Source of the DNA: a virus
Taxonomy: Duplodnaviria > Heunggongvirae > Uroviricota > Caudoviricetes
IMG/VR virus record: IMGVR_UViG_2537562020_000004
DNA: 26,889 nt
Strand: one strand, 5' to 3'
Part shown: positions 24,740-26,889 of the stretch, one piece after another
How positions within the stretch are numbered: the stretch's first letter is position 1
Layout of the letters: every line of letters begins with the position of its first letter
Notes under the pieces: model-generated
Databases searched by the model: none
Seen by the model: the letters and a program-made list of their open reading frames with translations, nothing else
Told to the model about the DNA's origin: nothing
Program-made: the position numbers and the translations under genes

Positions 24740-25340
24740 CCGGCTATTACCCGTTGGCTCGTCGCCGCTGGAGGTTGCCGCCGCTGCCGCGCTCTCTGAG
24801 ATTCAGCGTGTGCCGGTACCGCTGCGCACTCTGTGGAACTGGCGCACCTGCCCGGTAAAACTGCTGCCGTATCTGGCGTGGGCGCTGTCGGTCGACAGGT
24901 GGGATGAGAAATGGCCGGAGGCGACAAAGCGTAGCGTCTGCGCGTCCTCGTTTTTCGTCCATCAGCACAAAGGCACCATTAGCGCATTGCGTCGGGTGGT
25001 TGAGCCGCTCGGCTTTCTGATTGAAGTGCGCGAGTGGTGGCAGCTCAACGAGGAGCCAGGCACATTCCGCCTCGTTGTCGGCGTGCTCGATAGCGGCATT
25101 ACTGACGAAATGTATCAGGAGCTTGAGCGCCTGATTGAAGACGCCAAACCGGCAAGTCGCCACCTGACCGGGCTGGCTATCAGTCTGAGCTCGACCGGCG
25201 AACTGTATGTCGGCGCGGGATGCTATCACGGCGACGCGCTGACTGTTTACCCCTACACCCCCGAGGAGATTGTCGTCGGCGGTGAATATTACCCGGCCTC
25301 GGCCATCCATTTGATTGATAACCTGAGAGTGAACGCATGA
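24732..25340 (+). CDS. I: Baseplate/tail protein I
   Basis: 202 aa. It overlaps the J 3' end and precedes H as in P2. Confidence 0.85.
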   Translation: MNDRLLPVGSSPLEVAAAAALSEIQRVPVPLRTLWNWRTCPVKLLPYLAWALSVDRWDEKWPEATKRSVCASSFFVHQHKGTISALRRVVEPLGFLIEVREWWQLNEEPGTFRLVVGVLDSGITDEMYQELERLIEDAKPASRHLTGLAISLSSTGELYVGAGCYHGDALTVYPYTPEEIVVGGEYYPASAIHLIDNLRVNA

Positions 25341-26158
25341 CCGCAAAATATTTTGCCATTCTGACCAATCAGGGCGCGGCGCGGCTGGCGAACGCGGCGG
25401 CACTCGGTACCAAACTCAACCTGACGCAGATGGCCGTCGGTGATGCGAATGGTACGTTGCCGACCCCTGACCCGGCGCAGACGAAGCTCATTAACCAGAA
25501 ACGCATCGCGCCGCTGAACCTGCTGACCGTTGACCCGGCCAATACCAGTCAGATTATCGCGGAACAGATTATTCCCGAGAATGAAGGTGGTTTCTGGATC
25601 CGCGAGATTGGTCTCTATGACGATGATGGTATTCTGATTGCCGTGGCGAACTGTCCGGAGACCTACAAGCCACAACTGCAGGAGGGAAGCGGTCGCACGC
25701 AGACCATTCGCATGATTCTGATTGTGTCGAGCACATCGGCAATCACCCTGAAAATCGACCCGGCAGTCGTGCTGGCAACGCGCCAGTATGTCGACGACAA
25801 GATTATCGAGGTGAAAGGATATGCTGATGACCTGATGAAAAAACATGTTGAGGCCGCCAATCCACACAAGCAGTACCCGTTAATCGCTAATGCTCTGAAA
25901 GAAATGGTTGACGCGGGACTGGCCGGCGACGTTCTTAAAAACCTTGGTTTGGGAGAAGGTGCTCCAGCTATTGGCGTTCCGTTCTTCTGGCCGTCCGCTG
26001 CAATGCCAAATACTGTAATCGACAGCTGGTCCAGTATGGTGTTTTTGAAGTTCAACGGGGCGAAATTTTCTGCCTCTGATTACCCTGTGCTGGCGAAAGT
26101 GTTTCCTTCACTGGTATTACCTGAAGCCCGCGGTGTGACACACGTACATAGCCAATAA
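25337..26158 (+). CDS. H: Tail fibre protein H, constant N-terminal part, terminated prematurely inside the collar-type receptor domain
   Basis: The N-terminus (...MAVGDANGTLP...GGFWIREIGLYDDDGILIAVAN...EGSGRTQTIRMILIVSS) matches the P2 gpH / Mu S N-domain. After ...LPEARG the frame runs into unrelated sequence (VTHVHSQ-stop). Confidence 0.8.
   Translation: MTAKYFAILTNQGAARLANAAALGTKLNLTQMAVGDANGTLPTPDPAQTKLINQKRIAPLNLLTVDPANTSQIIAEQIIPENEGGFWIREIGLYDDDGILIAVANCPETYKPQLQEGSGRTQTIRMILIVSSTSAITLKIDPAVVLATRQYVDDKIIEVKGYADDLMKKHVEAANPHKQYPLIANALKEMVDAGLAGDVLKNLGLGEGAPAIGVPFFWPSAAMPNTVIDSWSSMVFLKFNGAKFSASDYPVLAKVFPSLVLPEARGVTHVHSQ
25932..25957. promoter_or_regulatory. Hin/Gin/Cin/Pin-type 26-bp recombination (crossover) site 1, inside H
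   Basis: TTCTTAAAAACC TT GGTTTGGGAGAA. The half-sites are dyad-symmetric at 9/12. It is 21/26 identical to the rc of hixL (TTATCAAAAACCTTGGTTTTCAAGAA), with the core AAAAACCTTGGTTT identical. Confidence 0.7.
25944..26135 (+). repeat. 192-bp direct repeat, copy 1 (5' part of the tail-fibre variable/collar segment)
   Basis: 188/192 identical to 26229-26420 (offset 285 bp), with 4 substitutions. Confidence 0.95.
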
Positions 26159-26162
26159 GCAT
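26136..26162 (-). pseudogene. DNA invertase (Gin/Pin/Cin serine recombinase) 5' stub: first 9 codons only
   Basis: The rc is ATGCTTATTGGCTATGTACGTGTGTCA = MLIGYVRVS, the exact N-terminus of Gin/Pin/Cin including the catalytic Ser. SD GGGAGA lies 6 nt upstream. After codon 9 the frame runs into the antisense of repeat copy 1. Confidence 0.75.
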
Positions 26163-26188
26163 GGTAGATCTCCCTGACAAAAGCAGGA

Positions 26189-26686
26189 ATGATGCCATTT
26201 GCTCGTTATTTCTGCATTTTCATAAATGTTGGTTTGGGAGAAGGTGCTCCAGCTATTGGCGTTCCGTTCTTCTGGCCGTCCGCTGCAATGCCAAATACTG
26301 TAATCGACAGCTGGTCCAGTATGGTGTTTTTGAAGTTCAACGGCGCGAAATTCTCTGCCACTGATTATCCTGTGCTGGCGAAAGTGTTTCCTTCACTGGT
26401 ATTACCTGAAGCCCGCGGTGATTTCATTCGTATCTGGGATGACGGGCGAGGTGCCGATGGTGGTCGCGAATTATTAAGCTGGCAGGAAGCTACAAACTTT
26501 TCTCAGTTTGCCGGGAATATAGGCGGAGGTGCGGGACACGCAATTAACTTTCATGATGGCATCGCCGGAAATCAGCCAGGATTTTCACGATTTAATTTCA
26601 CCAGTAACTCTGTGGGTGATGGTGTGAATTTTGTTGCTGTCAGACCGCGAAATATTGCATTTAACTTTCTGGTGAGGGCTAAATAA
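26189..26686 (+). CDS. Detached tail-fibre C-terminal (tail-collar type) segment. The fortuitous ATG lies in the spacer and homology starts at 26229
   Basis: GLGEGAPAIGVPFFWPSAAMPN...FNGAKFSATDYPVLAKVF...LPEARGDFIRIWDDGRG resembles the phage tail-collar domain pattern. There is no SD at 26189. It ends 1 nt into the tfa start. Confidence 0.6.
   Translation: MMPFARYFCIFINVGLGEGAPAIGVPFFWPSAAMPNTVIDSWSSMVFLKFNGAKFSATDYPVLAKVFPSLVLPEARGDFIRIWDDGRGADGGRELLSWQEATNFSQFAGNIGGGAGHAINFHDGIAGNQPGFSRFNFTSNSVGDGVNFVAVRPRNIAFNFLVRAK
26217..26242. promoter_or_regulatory. Crossover site 2 (more degenerate left half), 54 bp upstream of the invertase stub
   Basis: TTTTCATAAATG TT GGTTTGGGAGAA. The right half and central TT are identical to site 1. 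The left half matches the hix half-site TTATCAAAAACC at 8/12. Confidence 0.55.
26229..26420 (+). repeat. 192-bp direct repeat, copy 2
   Basis: See copy 1. This copy continues into the complete C-terminal domain. Confidence 0.95.
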
Positions 26687-26889
26687 TGAAACCTGTTTTT
26701 GATGAAAATGGGCTGGCTACAGTGCCGGGCGATATGCGTTGTTTTTATTATGATGCTGAAACATCTGAGTATACGGGCTGGTCTGATGAATATATTAATA
26801 CTGGCGTAAGTATGCCCGCCTGTTCCACTGGTATTGACCCTGGCGAAAACATTCCGGGAAGAGTGGCAGTATTTACAGGTAAGGGATGG
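26686..26889 (+). CDS. Tail fibre assembly (chaperone) protein, N-terminal 68 codons (runs off the window)
   Basis: ATG 26686 overlaps the preceding TAA (TAATG). MKPVFDENGLATVPGDMRCFYYDAETSEYTGWSDEYINTGVSMPA... is typical of the Tfa / Mu U / P2 G family N-terminus. The frame stays open to the window end. Confidence 0.8.
   Translation, partial: MKPVFDENGLATVPGDMRCFYYDAETSEYTGWSDEYINTGVSMPACSTGIDPGENIPGRVAVFTGKGW

Larger units (their letters stand above)
2186..26889. mobile_element. P2/186-family prophage (left end to window edge; right end not in the window)
   Basis: Gene order is collinear with P2/186: int-cI | apl-cII-...-A-SOS operon-cos-Q-P | O-N-M-L-X-Y-K-lysBC-R-S-V-W-J-I-H. The 19-nt 186-type cos sequence is present. 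Confidence 0.92.

Noticed and set aside
25944-26420. The 192-bp direct repeat in the tail-fibre gene as a DGR template/variable repeat pair
   Set aside because: There are only 4 differences (g>c, t>c, t>a, c>t) and they are not adenine-specific. No reverse transcriptase or accessory gene is nearby. The invertase stub and hix-like sites explain the repeat better.
25944-26420. Simple tandem duplication of a 285-bp unit
   Set aside because: The sequence following copy 1 (TGACACACGTAC...) differs completely from that following copy 2 (ATTTCATTCG...). The structure is therefore repeat-spacer-repeat, not A-B-A-B.

Overview
The window has two parts.

**Chromosomal flank (1-2185), Escherichia-type.** It holds the IRL/insA end of an IS1 inserted into yfiR. 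Only the last 33 codons of yfiR remain. Intact dgcN (yfiN) and yfiB follow, then the shared yfiB/rplS terminator and the last 5 codons of rplS.

**Prophage (~2186 to the window end).** Most of an integrated P2/186-family (peduovirus) prophage with a 186-like early region.
- Early genes: int, a CI repressor with a duplicated HTH domain, a Cox/Apl-like gene, 186-type cII, fil, small early ORFs, a TraR-type zinc finger and replication endonuclease A.
- A LexA-boxed SOS operon (tum-like ORF plus DinI-like ORF) and a 186-type cos site.
- Late genes: Q and P on the minus strand, then O N M L X Y K lysB/lysC R S, V W J I H, and the start of a tail-fibre assembly gene.

**Main observations.**
- Four low-GC cargo insertions interrupt the conserved backbone:
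  - A HEPN-like (RNxxxH) protein between attL and int.
  - A secreted small protein between cI and int.
  - An orphan HExxH protein between cos and the portal gene.
  - A 2-TM pentapeptide-repeat protein between S and V.
- The tail-fibre locus is a rearranged Gin/Pin/Cin-type switch. It has two hix-like 26-bp sites, a 192-bp direct repeat and a 9-codon invertase stub. As a result H is split.

No rRNA, tRNA or CRISPR array was seen. All family assignments come from reading the translations and from memory of these families. No searches were run.
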